Assembly (NCBI GenBank): GCA_030265395.1
Contig: JARFYF010000046.1
Span: 10,628,797 to 10,692,796 of the forward strand
Length of the DNA stretch: 64,000 bases
Source: Rhina ancylostomus
Taxonomy: Eukaryota
Direction: 5' to 3'
Below, piece after piece: positions 39,330 to 52,372 of the stretch. Each line of letters opens with the position of its first letter. Position 1 is the first letter of the stretch. Under the pieces are notes generated by a model. The model saw only the letters and a program-made list of their open reading frames with translations. It had not been told where the DNA came from and ran no database searches. Position numbers and translations under genes: made by a program.

Positions 39330-40145
39330 GATGTAGTTATTGCTCAAGATCTACAATTAATTTGCATTGCTAAGAAGGTGGTAGTGAGCTACCTTTTTGA
39401 ACACTGTTGATATTTCTCCTAGTTTGTTGCCAGGCAGCAAGTTCCTGGATGTGGACATTAGCAACGAAGGAGGAATAATAACGTATTTTAGTAAGCCAGC
39501 TTTTGGATGACTTAGAGAGGAGCCTGCTGCCTTTGTACTTCCAGATACTAGGATTTACAAATTTGGAAGGCCTGCTGGAGAGGATTTGATAAGTTGCTGC
39601 AGTGAAGCTTTCAGATGCTATATACAGCAGACACCTGGCAACTGTGGCGGAGAAAATAAATACTTAGGCTGGTAGATGGGGTACCAGTTTAGTAGGCTGG
39701 TGTTAAGTTCCTTCTGTCCCAAGTGGGATATTTTCCTTCCCATTTCTTTTGAAGATATTGTAACAACCATGGGAAATCTGGAGGACAGTTAGTTGTTTCG
39801 GGATACCTAGCCATCGACCAGTCCCTATTGCCCCAGCATTGATGACCCCTTGAATCAATGATCCTCCAGTAGGGTATTCAGCAATGGTGATGACACCAAG
39901 TACCGATTTTGTTGGAGGTGTGCACAACCTGGTACCAAGAGTTACTTGCCACATCAGCCCAGGTCTGAAGGCTAATCAGGTCCTGCTGTATGTGAACATG
40001 GACTGCTTTATTATCTGGGGAGTTGTGACAGCAACAGAATGCAGTAATGAACAACTCTACTTCTGATCTTATGATGGAGGAGTCATTAATGGGTAGTTGC
40101 AGGACAGTTGGGTCTAGGACATTCAGCTGTGAGCTGCTAAGTGGC
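39330..40145 (-). mobile_element. Second CR1-group LINE family, RT core relic
   Basis: VLDPT...INDSSIIRSEVELF...IQQDLISLQTWAD (ORF 39878..40159). Confidence 0.65.
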
Positions 40146-40174
40146 CTACCACCCACCACAAAAGTGCCAGGTTA

Positions 40175-40900
40175 GACTTTCTTTTCCAACAAAAGAGAAT
40201 CTAACCACCTACCCTTGACATTCAGTGGCATTACCATCGCTGAGTCCCCCACCAACATCCTATTGACACCATTGATCATAAGTGCAACTGAACCATCCAC
40301 TTCAATACTGTGGCTACAAGAGCAGGTCAGAGGCCTGGTTCCCTGCAAGAGGTGACTCACCTCTTGACACTCTATAGCCTTTCTGCCATGAACGAAATAG
40401 ATGTCAGGAGTGTGATGGAATACACTCCATTTGTCCAGATGAATGCAGCGCTAACAGCTCTCAAGAGCTCAACACCATCCAGGACAAAGCAGCTCAGGAC
40501 AGGCACCACATCCACCACGTTCATTCCTCTAGCACCAGTGACAGTGACTGCATTGTGTACCATCTATAAAATACACTGTGGTTGCTTGACCAGACTGCTC
40601 CAATAGCACCTCCCAAATGCATGACCTCTACCACCAAGAAAGACAAGATAGCAGGCACATTGTCAGACCGACACCTGGCAGGTCTCCTTGATGACACATG
40701 TTATCCTGATTTGGAAACTTGTTGCTAGTCCTTCATTGTCAATGGGCCTCAGTCCTGGAATGTCTTCCCAACTGCATTGTGGGAATGTTTTCACCAGAAG
40801 GACTGTAGCAGCTCAGGACAACAGATCACCACCATCTTCTCAAGGGTAATTAGGGGTGGACAGGAAATGTTAGCCTTGCCATTGACACTCAGATCCCCAA
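40175..40900 (+). mobile_element. Same CR1-group LINE family, 3' end
   Basis: VRSVMEYTP... RT C-terminus and tail caccaccatcttctcaagggtaattaggg. The same tail occurs on the minus strand at ~27700-27870. Confidence 0.7.
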
Positions 40901-42462
40901 AATAAGGAAATTATAAGGATACTTCCCCAAGGAACCCAGGCAGCAGTATTCCTTATATCCAAAATATTCTTCAATTCTTAATGGTCAATAATCCTCTGAG
41001 CTTCAAATGTTGAGTTTGAATACTTTTTGGCAGATCATTGAGTTCCTTCCTTACAGTTATCTGGGTCTTATTGAATGGTGCTTGAAATTCTTAGACAAGA
41101 ATTCTTAGAAATCCTTAGCCTCTGTTGCTTATTGTGATGGATAGAGCTGGTTTCTATCAGACCAGTCACCTTGCTATTGTCTCTACAGATAATGATATAA
41201 GTCTATGCTGACATCACGTGAAATACAAGAAAAGTCAAAGCTCTGTGATGTTCAAAGTAGCTTTGGGTAAGTTATGGGTAACAGAACCTACACTGGTAAT
41301 AAGACTTCAGACAGCTTGCTTTTCAGCAAGCTTTGAGAGTTTATAAATACCAGCTGTCCAATAATCTTTGACTGACACCAAAGGAATGCTTAATATGAGA
41401 TTATGCACAAGATTCTGAAGCCCAATAGGTTTCCTTTGAAGAGCACTTAGAAAGTAAATGATGGTGTTTGCATTTAATCTGTAGACTGCGCTGATTGCTT
41501 TATGGGATTGTTTCTGGGCCCCNNNNNNNNNNNNNNNNNNNNNNNNNNNNNNNNNNNNNNGCAGGTTTCCTGCAATCCTTGCTGAAGGTGCAGGGTCCGA
41601 GACAATATTAAGCCTGATCTATGGGCAAGTACAGGATCGGTTTGACACTGACAAGGAACCCGGGTTATCAACGTAGCCAGACGTGTACTGAATGCACTTG
41701 AACACAGTTTTCCCTGTGGCAATGATGGTTCTGTTTGTGTTATAGCAACCGATCAATTTCTCTAAGAAATCTTGGAGGCAAGGTTTGGGTTGAGAGATAA
41801 CCTTGTCAATTATTCTTCCATGTGGTAATAGGTTTGTACTACCATGGAGAGGGGCAAGGAGGACACTTATGATGAATTTATATAATATTACAGGGGGAGA
41901 AATTTGCACCCTTAATGCACCCCTGGAGCCACTCTACAGTAATGAAGGTTGGATGGAAACACTGCATAAAACAATGAACCCAGGAGAGTGTTGAGTACCA
42001 ATGGGCCAAGCACAAACATTACACTGGCTGATAGTTATTCTGGCTACCTTCTTTCAGCTCATGGTCATTAAGTCTGCACCATAACAAACAACACCAACTG
42101 CAATGTGTCTCACTGGATAGGTCTTGCATGAAGTTTGGGTTTATCCAGAAGTTTGAAGTATGATTTGGAGGGAGGATTTATGACTCTGGCCTTGTGCGGC
42201 TCCAGTTATTATTGAGAGAGACAATAAGACACACATCATCCTGGTGTTGTGTGGGACTTGGGCCAAAATATCTTTGTCACATTTGTTAATCAGCATAGCT
42301 TTACACTGTCCCAAGTCAAGTGGAGTCCAGTGGACTGCAGCTGCTGGTTGTGTCATAGCACAGAAACAGGCCTTTCTGCCCAAATGGTCCATGCTGACCA
42401 AGATTCTCATCTAAGCCTTTTTTCATTTGCCAGTGTTTGGCCCATAAACCTTTCCTATCCAT

Positions 42463-42596
42463 GTAAGATAAGATTTCTTTATCAGTTATGTGTACAGTGA
42501 AATGCACCTTTTGCATAGCGTGTTCTGGGGGCAGCCCACAAGTGTCGCCACGCTTCCGGCACCAACATAGCATGCCCACAACTTCCTAACCTGTAC
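42463..42596 (-). mobile_element. V-SINE/HE1-like SINE 3' half (head in gap), inserted in a CR1 tail
   Basis: Closely matches the 3' half of the 8527 copy. Confidence 0.8.
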
Positions 42597-45500
42597 NNNN
42601 NNNNNNNNNNNNNNNNNNNNNNNNNNNNNNNNNNNNNNNNNNNNNNNNNNNNNNNNNNNNNNNNNNNNNNNNNNNNNNNNNNNNNNNNNNNNNNNNNNNN
42701 NNNNNNNNNNNNNNNNNNNNNNNNNNNNNNNNNNNNNNNNNNNNNNNNNNNNNNGTGCCTGCCAATAGGTAATATTGGGTGCAGTATGTACCAACCCAAG
42801 TACCTTTTAAGTGGTGTTAATGTACCTGACTCAACCGCTTATGATGATATGAGTCAATGCTGGATCAATGATACTTTATTCCAAGCACACGGAGGGCCAG
42901 CAAAGCGGGACCGGTCAGTAACAAGAGGAACATACAATGTAACAGAACGGGTGGGCAAAGTGAAGACTGTGAACCCCTTTCCCCCCAAATCTCTCATTTC
43001 TAAATTCCTTCTTTAAAAATTTCATTTAGGATAAGCCGTCAAACTCCAAATGTATTCATACATGCTATTTCTACAGTGTGAATGGTAGGCTTTGATAGGA
43101 GTGGTCTCAATGTAAGGCATAACAATGTAATTGCCAACTAACCCTGTTGGCAAAAGGAACACTCAAATAAAATAATGGAACACAAAACAGTTGTTACATT
43201 TGATGTAACAGTGCTTTATGTTGGGCTGGTTTGCTGCAGGCAGTGATAATTATCTAGCATTTCAATGGCACTCACTGATGATTTATTTTTTATATGAAGG
43301 AGAGGTTTGAATTATTCTTGTTTTGGCAGAAAAGGTTAAGGTGAGATTTAAATGGTATGCAAAACAATGAAGGATTTCAATAGAGTAACTAAGGAGGAAC
43401 TGTTTCAACTGGGAGGAGGATGGTAATAAAAGCACACAGATTTCATGGTAATTGCTTAATGGTCCAGAAGAGAGATAAGGCAAATATTTTTTATGGAGTG
43501 AGTTGCTTTGATCTGGGAATGCACTTCCTGAAAGGGCAGTGGAAGCAGATGTGAGGGTGGCTCTTAACAGATGATTGAATAAATCGTTGTAAAGGAAAAA
43601 AATTACATGCCCAGTGTTAAAAGGGAAATGGAGTGAGACTCTTTAGACAACTATCTTATAAAGAGCTAACGCAGGGCTGAATGGCCTCCCTTGCTGGTTA
43701 GAGGTTTANNNNNNNNNNAGTAGACGGCTAGTTCTGCATCAGCCACAACCCCTCCATCCCAGCCCTGCTCCCCACAATGAATCAGGATTTTTAAACAGAT
43801 GATCAGACAGATGAGATCAGGAGGCCCATCTTCATCCTGGGCTCTTGTAGTCATTCTTCTGCCTTTGTAGAACCACAGGATATGAATGATGTTCAGCTCA
43901 TTTTGGCCTTATGCAACATGTTGCCTTGCGGGATATGTCAAAACACTTTGTCCAATTTGCACCAGGCTTCATTTGAACTGTGAATCACTTTTACTAGAAA
44001 CTGTGTCAAGATCAAAAAATGTGGTTTAACTAACAAAATGTCATGCAAGGTTGGAAGTACTTCAATAAAAAGTGGTTTTGCACAATGAGAGGATACAGTG
44101 CTTTTACACTTCATGTGACTCATATTTCCTTTAGACGTAGAGAGAAGCTATTCGGTCCATCAAATCAGATTCATTCTCCTTGGAACCTGTTGCCTCTCAC
44201 ACGCCCATTAACTCCACCCCATGATCACAATGAAGGCCTACATTTGGAGGACAAATTGGTCAGTATGTGGGTTGAACAGGGAGTGGAAAGGGTTTGGGAT
44301 GGGAGTGGATGGGAACAGAACAATGAAGAACTGTTCCTCAGTTGGTTAAACATAAGGACATAAATTAGAGGGCCAGGAATAATCCATTTGACCTCTCATA
44401 CCTGCTCCAGCCTTCAATAAGATCATCAATATACATCTTCAACTTGCAGCTGCTTAACTTTTGACGTACATTTACATGCACAAATTCTACATGGATATTA
44501 AATGGAAAATATTTAAAATGACACATAATAATTCTCAGCATGGCTAAAACTAGGAGAATTTTGATTAGCACAGTAATGAAAGCCAACAATGCTTCATTAT
44601 TTTAACCTCTTCAAGTCTAATTTCCCAGAGAATTGATTTTACTTTAAAATGTCCCTTGTTTCCCTTATGAATGGATTGCTGGGTATAAGTCACAATGTGG
44701 AAATGAGACATGAAGGGCAAATAAATTCCAGGTCATATCCATATTTTGCATTGGCTGATTTCAGCCAGGGTAGCTGTACAAGTTGGTGTGGTTGGAATCA
44801 TCACTGGATTAGAGAGGGAGATAGGAAATTAAGCTGGGATCCTGCAATTGGTCAATGGCCAGTAACCCAGCTGGACAATGGGATGGGAGGCACAGTGCGT
44901 TAAGCAGCATCTGTGGAGGCAAAGGGATGGTGAGCACACTGCGTGAGCGCAGTATCATGGCTGGGTGCCAGTGCCAGTCCTGATATATGTAACAGGCACT
45001 TGAGCAGATGTGTTAGGGACATGACCAAGGTACAAGCTTTGAAACCACACCCCTGCAACAAAATTAACAACCTGTCTTTCTGTAGTATCGCTAGCATCAT
45101 AAAAATTGTCTGAAGGTGNNNNNNNNNNNNNNNNNNNNNNNNNNNNNNNNNNNNNNNNNNNNNNNNNNNNNNNNNNNNNNNNNNNNNNNNNNNNNNNNNN
45201 NNNNNNNNNNNNNNNNNNGTCTGAAGGTGCTTTACGAAACATCTTATGAAGCACCTGGACAGGCACTTGAATTGGATCTTTCTGGCTATGGACTTATTGC
45301 GGGTAATTGCAATTACTGTAGATGGGTGCAACAGTTAGCAGGGACATGGTGGGCTGAAGGGCCTGTTTCTGTGCCGTACGACCATGACTCTACAACTCTT
45401 TGATATACCATCAAAGAAAACTTGACACTGAGCCACCTATTGGGACCATGAGGTAGGTTTTATGGAGGACCTTGAAGGATAACAGAGGTGGTGTTTAAGG

Positions 45501-48044
45501 GGGGGAGGGGCAATTCCAGAGAATGGTCTCTTGGCATCTCAAAGGGCAGGGAGCAAAAGGTGTTTTAATTTTGGGAAGGAACAAGAGGCCAGAATTAAAG
45601 GAGCACCAACATCTTGTACAGCTCGCATGGCTGTAGATGCAGGGAGGGCTGGACCAATGATGGTTTAGAAAATAATGCTGAATACTTTCAAACTAAGACT
45701 TTGCCCAACGGGGCCCAATGTATGTCAACTAAGATGTTGAAGGGATAATGGGTGGCAGTATATGGGTGTCCTTTAGCAGAATAAGGAAACTAGCCACAAG
45801 TACATTGTACGATGTCCTGGGCGGGGCTTTAGCAACAGGATGAGCTGAGGGAAGGGTGAGATGGGAACAGGGCATGCATAGACAGGCCAAAGGTTATTGC
45901 AGCGTCAAAGTTGCAAAGATTTTGGTTCAGTTTCAACTATTGCGATGGAGTCAATAGCTGGGGAACAATGCCTGTAACTGAAGTGACAGACAATGGCTTT
46001 GGATGTTCCCTGTTCAGTTGGAGGAAATCTCTGCAGATCCAGTGCTGTCTGTCAGAGACGCAGTCTGACAACGAATCCTGGCACTATTAGGAGTGAAGAA
46101 TTAAGAGCAGGGAGAAAGATGATCACGTTTTAAAGTACTGAACTCCGACGGCTGCCTGACCTTACTATTGCTGTGAAGCACAGTAGGTTCTAAGTCAGCT
46201 CTACTTTGGAGTTCTACATTAGGCCTTTGATGTTACGTCAAATGATTCCCAACATGATAACAAGGCCCCTTATATCTGATTGAAAAATTTCTCAGCATTT
46301 AGAAATGTACAGATTCACTACTTTAGGAATTACAGTAATGGATTTTTCCAAATGAATGGATGTTATGAATTGGACAGCAAGATAAATAGGGAGGTCAGTG
46401 GAATAGTCGGGCTAAGCAGTTTCAGACACTGATGTGTAATTAAACTGCACCTCTTCGACTAGTGACAGGCAGCATACAAATTTCACAGTGGAGTCTAGAT
46501 AGTACTAACCAAATCTTGAGCTGATTAACTAATTGGCTGCAGTTTCAGGGGTGGCTAACAACAACTGAGACTGAAAGTCACCTCCCAAAGGGGAGGCAAC
46601 TTTTGGCTTCAGGATCCATTGCATGGAGCAGCAAAGGTGACTTGGTGATCGGCACAGGAGAGACGGGGCACCATGCTCTACCAGTGCAGCACCATAAAAT
46701 GAAACAGCAGGTGGAGAAACCGGGAGGTAAATGCTGAAGTCAAGCACCAAGAAACTGCATGCATTTCTGCAAAGAGTACAATAGCTTCCCATACCGTCAA
46801 GGTTAGTGAATGCATCTCCCTTATCCGTACCACTACCAAACTGTAGCAAAGTGAATTTATCGTGATTGCTGCCTGGACACTGGGCATTAATCAGCTGACT
46901 GACATCAAGATCTATCTAATCCCCATGCCTACTGTAGGTGAAGAGTCTGCAGCACTCCTACTTTTACGGTGGTTGGAGTCTGTCATAATATATATGTGAT
47001 TGTGTGCACTGGGCACTAAATTGGATGCAGGTTGGCACTCTCAACACCCTAACAACATGCACCACGCAGCAAGTTGCATGCCCTCTCTTTTTTCCCTTTG
47101 GAGGGCTATTTGCCAGCAGTGTTGGTATTGCAGGATTCCAGCACTGGCAGATTCATTGATGTTGTAAGAAAATGATGGTGACAGGATTGCAAAATAAAGG
47201 AATTTTTTTTTTAAATGATTAGGCCGAGATCCTGAGGGTGAAAATAGTAAAGAGATCCAGAAATGTTGCAAAACAGGTCTCAACCAATCAACAAAAATGA
47301 AAATGGTTTGCAATTTACATTCTAATTAATTCTCAGAACAAACCTTTGACAGTCTACATTTTGTCTGGTAAAATGCTTAAACATGTTTACTCTATTATCT
47401 AGGTTACAGGCTGCTTGCCAAAAGAGTCAAAACTAGAAGGGCTCATGATATTGAAATGGATTGAATAATGAAATTGAATCAGTTTTGAAACAAGTGAACT
47501 CATTCCTAGTTTCACCAGGCCAGTAACTTGCTTCACATTCCTTGGAATTCTGCTTACTGACGAAATTCCAACTTAAAAGTTTGGGACGGCTTACCCATAA
47601 TGGGTGAAAATTACATACTCCATTGCAGAGGCCTTTAATTTCTTTTGCTGTTCCTTTTTTGTGGGCTTTAAACAAAATTATCACCTTTTACAGCCAATGA
47701 AGCACTTTATTTTAAAGTCTAGTCATTTTTGCTAGGTTGGAAATACAGCAACCAATTTATTTAGAGTGAGTTCCCACATAAGCAGTAAAATAATGACCAG
47801 GTAGTTCATTTTGATAATACCTTGTTGGGTTTTTAGTTCAACGCGATGTCCATAAGGGAATGCTGCCGACTGGCACTTTCCAAGCTACAGGAGTCCGTGC
47901 CAAGAAACTTCGATGTGGGAAAGAACTACAAGTCTAAGATCCTGCTACCAATGGACACTGACTGGCTGGGCTCTGTCAGAAGCACTTGAAGGGTGTATCG
48001 TTCAAAGGGGCCATGAGTAGTACTGGTGCTTTGTGCATAGAACG

Positions 48045-48215
48045 TAGACACAAGAGACTGCAAGTGCTGGAATCTGGAGCAACACATAAAGCACTGAAGG
48101 ATCTCAGCGGGTCAGGCAGCATCTATGGAGGGAAATGGATGGAAACGTCGACTGTCCATTTCCCTCCATAGATGCTGCCTGACCCACTGAGTTCCTCCAG
48201 TGCTTTGTGCACTGT
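48045..48215. mobile_element. Inverted (fold-back) pair of Penelope pLTR-derived repeats
   Basis: Arms 48088-48139 and 48155-48206 are reverse complements (52 bp, 3 mismatches). The loop contains GAAACGTCGACTG. Confidence 0.8.
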
Positions 48216-48339
48216 NNNNNNNNNNNNNNNNNNNNNNNNNNNNNNNNNNNNNNNNNNNNNNNNNNNNNNNNNNNNNNNNNNNNNNNNNNNNNNNNNNNNN
48301 NNNNNNNNNNNNNNNGTGAATGTAATGAAAGATGTGTAT

Positions 48340-48460
48340 TGGAGACTCAAGAGACTATAGATGCTGGGAGCCGGAGCACAAAACAAACAGCAGGTCAGGC
48401 AGCATCTGGGAGGGAAATGGACAGTCAACGTTTCAGGTCAGGACCCTTTGTCTGGACTTC
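48340..48460 (-). mobile_element. Penelope pLTR-derived repeat with degenerate hammerhead
   Basis: Minus strand reads AGTC-CAGACAA-AGGGTCCTGACCT-GAAA-CGTT-GACTG plus the family tail. Confidence 0.65.
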
Positions 48461-48512
48461 ATCAGACAGGTACTGATTGTGTCATATTTCCTGCATATAT
48501 GTTAATAAATAA

Positions 48513-48752
48513 TGTGGCACGGTAGCATAGTGGTTAGCACGATACTATTACAGCTCCAGTGACCTGGGTTTGATTCCCGCCGCTGCCTGTAAGGAGTTTG
48601 TACGTTCTCCTGCGTCTGCGTGAGTTTCCTCTGGGTGCTCCGGTTTCCTCCCACATTCCAAAGACGTACAGGTAGGTTAATTTGGGGTTTAATAAATGGG
48701 CGTTGTGGACTTGTTGGGCCGGAAGAGCCTGTTACCACGTTGTAAATAAATT
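48513..48752 (+). mobile_element. V-SINE/HE1-like SINE
   Basis: Same head and V-domain as 52068; tail TTGGGCCGGAAGAGCCTGTTACC. Confidence 0.85.
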
Positions 48753-51681
48753 TTTTTTTAAATTTTAAAAATTCAAAATCATTTCGATAATGTTGGTTGA
48801 GGAATAAATATTGGCAGGCTCAAACCACTCCTCCACTTAGATAAATGTCATGTGATCTTTTACAAGCTCTTTAAAGTGAGACTCCAGTTTAAAATCCCAT
48901 TTGAAGGATCGCACGTGCAACAGAAGTGGGGGTGTGTGGCGGGTGGGGGGCTGAGGAGGGTTCCTCACCGCTTTGTACTGGAGAGTCAGACTAGATTTGA
49001 ACCATATCTTCCAGCTCAGAGGCTACAATCTGAGGCACAGTCAACATATAACACAAAGGGCACTTGTGGCCACATTTCTCCCTCTCTCAGGGACCCTTCA
49101 TGAACCCTCATTAAAATTCCAACTCAAGATATCGGCAACCCTGGTGATTCCCTGTAGTTAATTGAGCTATGGGAGGCTTTCACAGAAGATCGATGCCTTT
49201 GTTGAATTTCAGCTCAGACCATCCAAACTCGCCTTGGATGGCTGCACTGATACCAGAAAGTGAAACACCCTGCGCTGAATTCAAGATCAGTTCCCAGTCC
49301 ATCCACCACGCAGCACAAGGCTTTAGTACGATCTGGTGTGATGGCATGCTCATAATTTTCCCCACCACATCCATGTGACCCTGTTTGAAGGCAAAGAGAA
49401 TTTAGCCATTGCAACCAGAAGTATCTCACTCAGGGTGATGCAACCGGCCCTGCGACACTGGTTCGATCCCTGCATGAGGCCATTCAGCCCACTGAATTTT
49501 TGCCAGCTTTTGTTTCAAGAGCCATTCAGTCAGTCTCACCCCCTCTGCTCTTTTCCCTAAGCCCCCATTGTTATTTGTACCTTCAACTGTTCCTTTTGGA
49601 GAGCCACAATTGAATTTGGATCCACCCCACTTTCAGGCAGTGTGCACCTGATCATAAGTGCTTACTGCATTTCAAAAAAATATTTCCTGATATCGCCCCG
49701 TGTTAATCACTTCAAACGTGTGATCTCTGCTTTTGGTGAAATATATTCTGTTAGCCTTAAAACTCAATTTTGTTGATATTACTTGTGCTTCATGTACTCT
49801 GACCTTATAACACTCTTGAAAAATGCAAGGAATATTTTTGCAATGTTTTAAGTGGTTCAGGTATAGCTGTAAACCCCCTAGAAATTGTCAGCCTAAACTG
49901 GATCTTCCAAATACACTACAACCATGTGCGACCTCTGGATTTAGAGTCCTGAACTAAATTTCTTAAAGTTCTTTATGTTCATAAATGTACATCTTGATTA
50001 AAATACAGATTTTCTGCTGCTTTTATTCATTTACAGTTGCAACTAGAAAAAAACCCCGACTGCAGCCTGCAGCCATTTGGCAATTCATTGTCACTATCCA
50101 ACGAACATATTCCTTTGATCTTCTATTCAACATCAGCCAAGCTGGACTACAGAGCCTGTGGCAAAACAGTACACAGGCAAGGCTAGGACCTCAGCAGAGG
50201 CAACAGCAGAAGTAAAACCAGCTCACAGAAGGGAATATATTTTCATGCCTCCTCTTTTTAGCCATTTAAATGATTTCTTTGCAGAGAGAGTGAAAGATGT
50301 TTCCCGTATAAAACGGAAGACTACAGTAACTCAAACCAAAAGGAAAGAAGAAAGAATGCATCAAAAAAGCCAGTATCAAGAAAAAAAACAGAAGCCATTA
50401 GCTTAATTCTGACAAAGCTACTGGCAAAGTTAGAGTTACAAAACGCATGAAACTCAATCTTATAAACCTTGTTCTGATAAATACATTGAGCTATCAATAA
50501 TTGACAATAAAAACTGGTAAGATTAATGAAGTGACATTTCTCTTACATTAAGAGTGTTAGCTGAATATCAGAGGACTTTGTTCTCTTACTTGACCTGTTG
50601 AATGAACTCTAAGACTCCAACATGAAGAAGGAATTTAATTCACAATGGAATACCCTTGATCATTACAATTCACATTTCTGTCCCACAATCCATTTTCCTC
50701 TCCTCTGTACATTGCTGTGCACCTTCTGCTATACTTCAGCCATCTACTTCAAATTTTGGCTTCACAATGTTCAACTTTAATGAGGAAACTTGAGCAAAGG
50801 CTAAAAATTCATCTCCAGGTCTACCTTTAAAAGAGAAAAGATCCCAAAACAGACCCCTCTATTTAAAATTAAAAGCTGAAAAAGACTCTGATGAACTCAG
50901 TCATTCATCTTTCTGACATTCCTGTTGAGCTTCCTTTGCATAACTTATGCTATCTTGAGTCACTGATTGAATCATCTGAGGGACCACATCAATACTAGTG
51001 ATCTTCTGATCTTTCTGTGATGCCACCGATCCACAGTGACCCTGGATTACCTTTGTTCCAGGGAAGAATTAAAGAACTGAACTGCTACTATCAAACAGAG
51101 TAAAAGATAATCTCTAGATATTAAACCAGAACAAAATACCATTAGTTATGGACTTCCATGGCAACTTCTCCCAAAGATTGCATCAGTAATCACTCATGAG
51201 CCACCTTATGTACCAGGTATCTGTTACAGGGTGAACTCTTTGTTGAACTATCAAACTGGCACCAAGAAGTGGTGGTAGGAAGGGTTGGAGTGAAGAGTTG
51301 GGGATGGGATACTGACACATTAAGAGATAATCTAAGGGAAGCAGTGGACCTGAGCTGGAGGTGTGTGGATCGATGGTAATTCCTTGGGTTTAGGAATCAA
51401 AGAGCATTTATGTCAAACTTTACATCAGGAGATTAAACAGGTGGAACAGACTCCAGGATGAATAGATCGTTTCACCTCTGATTCAACAGTCTTCATGTTT
51501 TCTCTCCAATTATTGACCAATGTGCATAGTAATTGATCTTGGATATATACTGGGTCTGGGTCAGAGATTATAACTATTTCCCTGGACATCATGTGAGCAG
51601 AAAGCTCATTTTAACCTGAAAACTGGGGAACACACAATATGATTGCAATGATGGAACTTAAATTGTTTCCCTCATTCTTAC

Positions 51682-51813
51682 CCGCGGTGGTCGGTGTTGG
51701 ATCCGCGCCCGCGCCACTTTCTGCTTGTTAACAATGTTCATTAATCTCGCCGCGTCAACACCCTTGACGTAAACCACAGGCCGTTTCAACGGGTCCTCTG
51801 AGCCTTGATTCAA
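51682..51813 (-). CDS. ZNRF3: ZNRF3 coding exon (exon 4 equivalent), PA domain end: [44 protein letters not shown]
   Basis: 132 bp, phase 0/0. TTTGCAG|TTG ... CGG|GTAAGA. ZNRF3-specific peptide. Confidence 0.97.
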
Positions 51814-52067
51814 CTGCAAACAAAAAGCCACATCAGCCTGGATAGGTAGCATTTGCAGCAAAGTAACAGCACAATGGATCAGAGGTGCAAGTAAACCGAT
51901 GGTACAGTGCAATAGCGAGACGTTGGACAATACAATCAGTATGAATTGGTTAAATCAGCAATGCTAGCAATACGAGCACATAGGTCAGAAACTTAAATCA
52001 CTTTCACTCTGCCACTGGTCATCAGAACTGTGCTGGTAGTTAAATTCCACGTGCCCCTCTTCCAATG

Positions 52068-52372
52068 TGGGTGGCACGGTATTGTAGCGGTTAGCGTAAT
52101 GCTATTACAGCGCCAGTGACCCGGGTTCAATTCCTGCCGCTGTCTGCAAGGAGCTTGTACGCTCTCCCTGGGTCTGCGTGGGTTTCCTCTGGGTGCTCCG
52201 GTTTCTTCCCACATGCCAAAGCCCTACAGGTTAGGAGCCGTGGGCATGCTACGTTGGCGCCGGAAGAGTGGCGATACTTGTGGGCTGCCCCCAGCACATT
52301 CTCAGTAATGCAGAAAGACGCATTTCACTGTGTGTTTCAATGTACATGTGACCAATAAATAAATATCTATAT
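52068..52372 (+). mobile_element. tRNA-derived V-SINE/HE1-like SINE (young)
   Basis: A-box-like TAGCGGTTAG, B-box GGGTTCAATTCC, V-domain GCTCCGGTTTCTTCCCACA, tail ending AATAAATAAA. Confidence 0.88.

Noticed and set aside
52068-52145. tRNA-like A/B boxes
   Set aside because: SINE head, not a tRNA gene. It continues into the V-domain and recurs in many copies.
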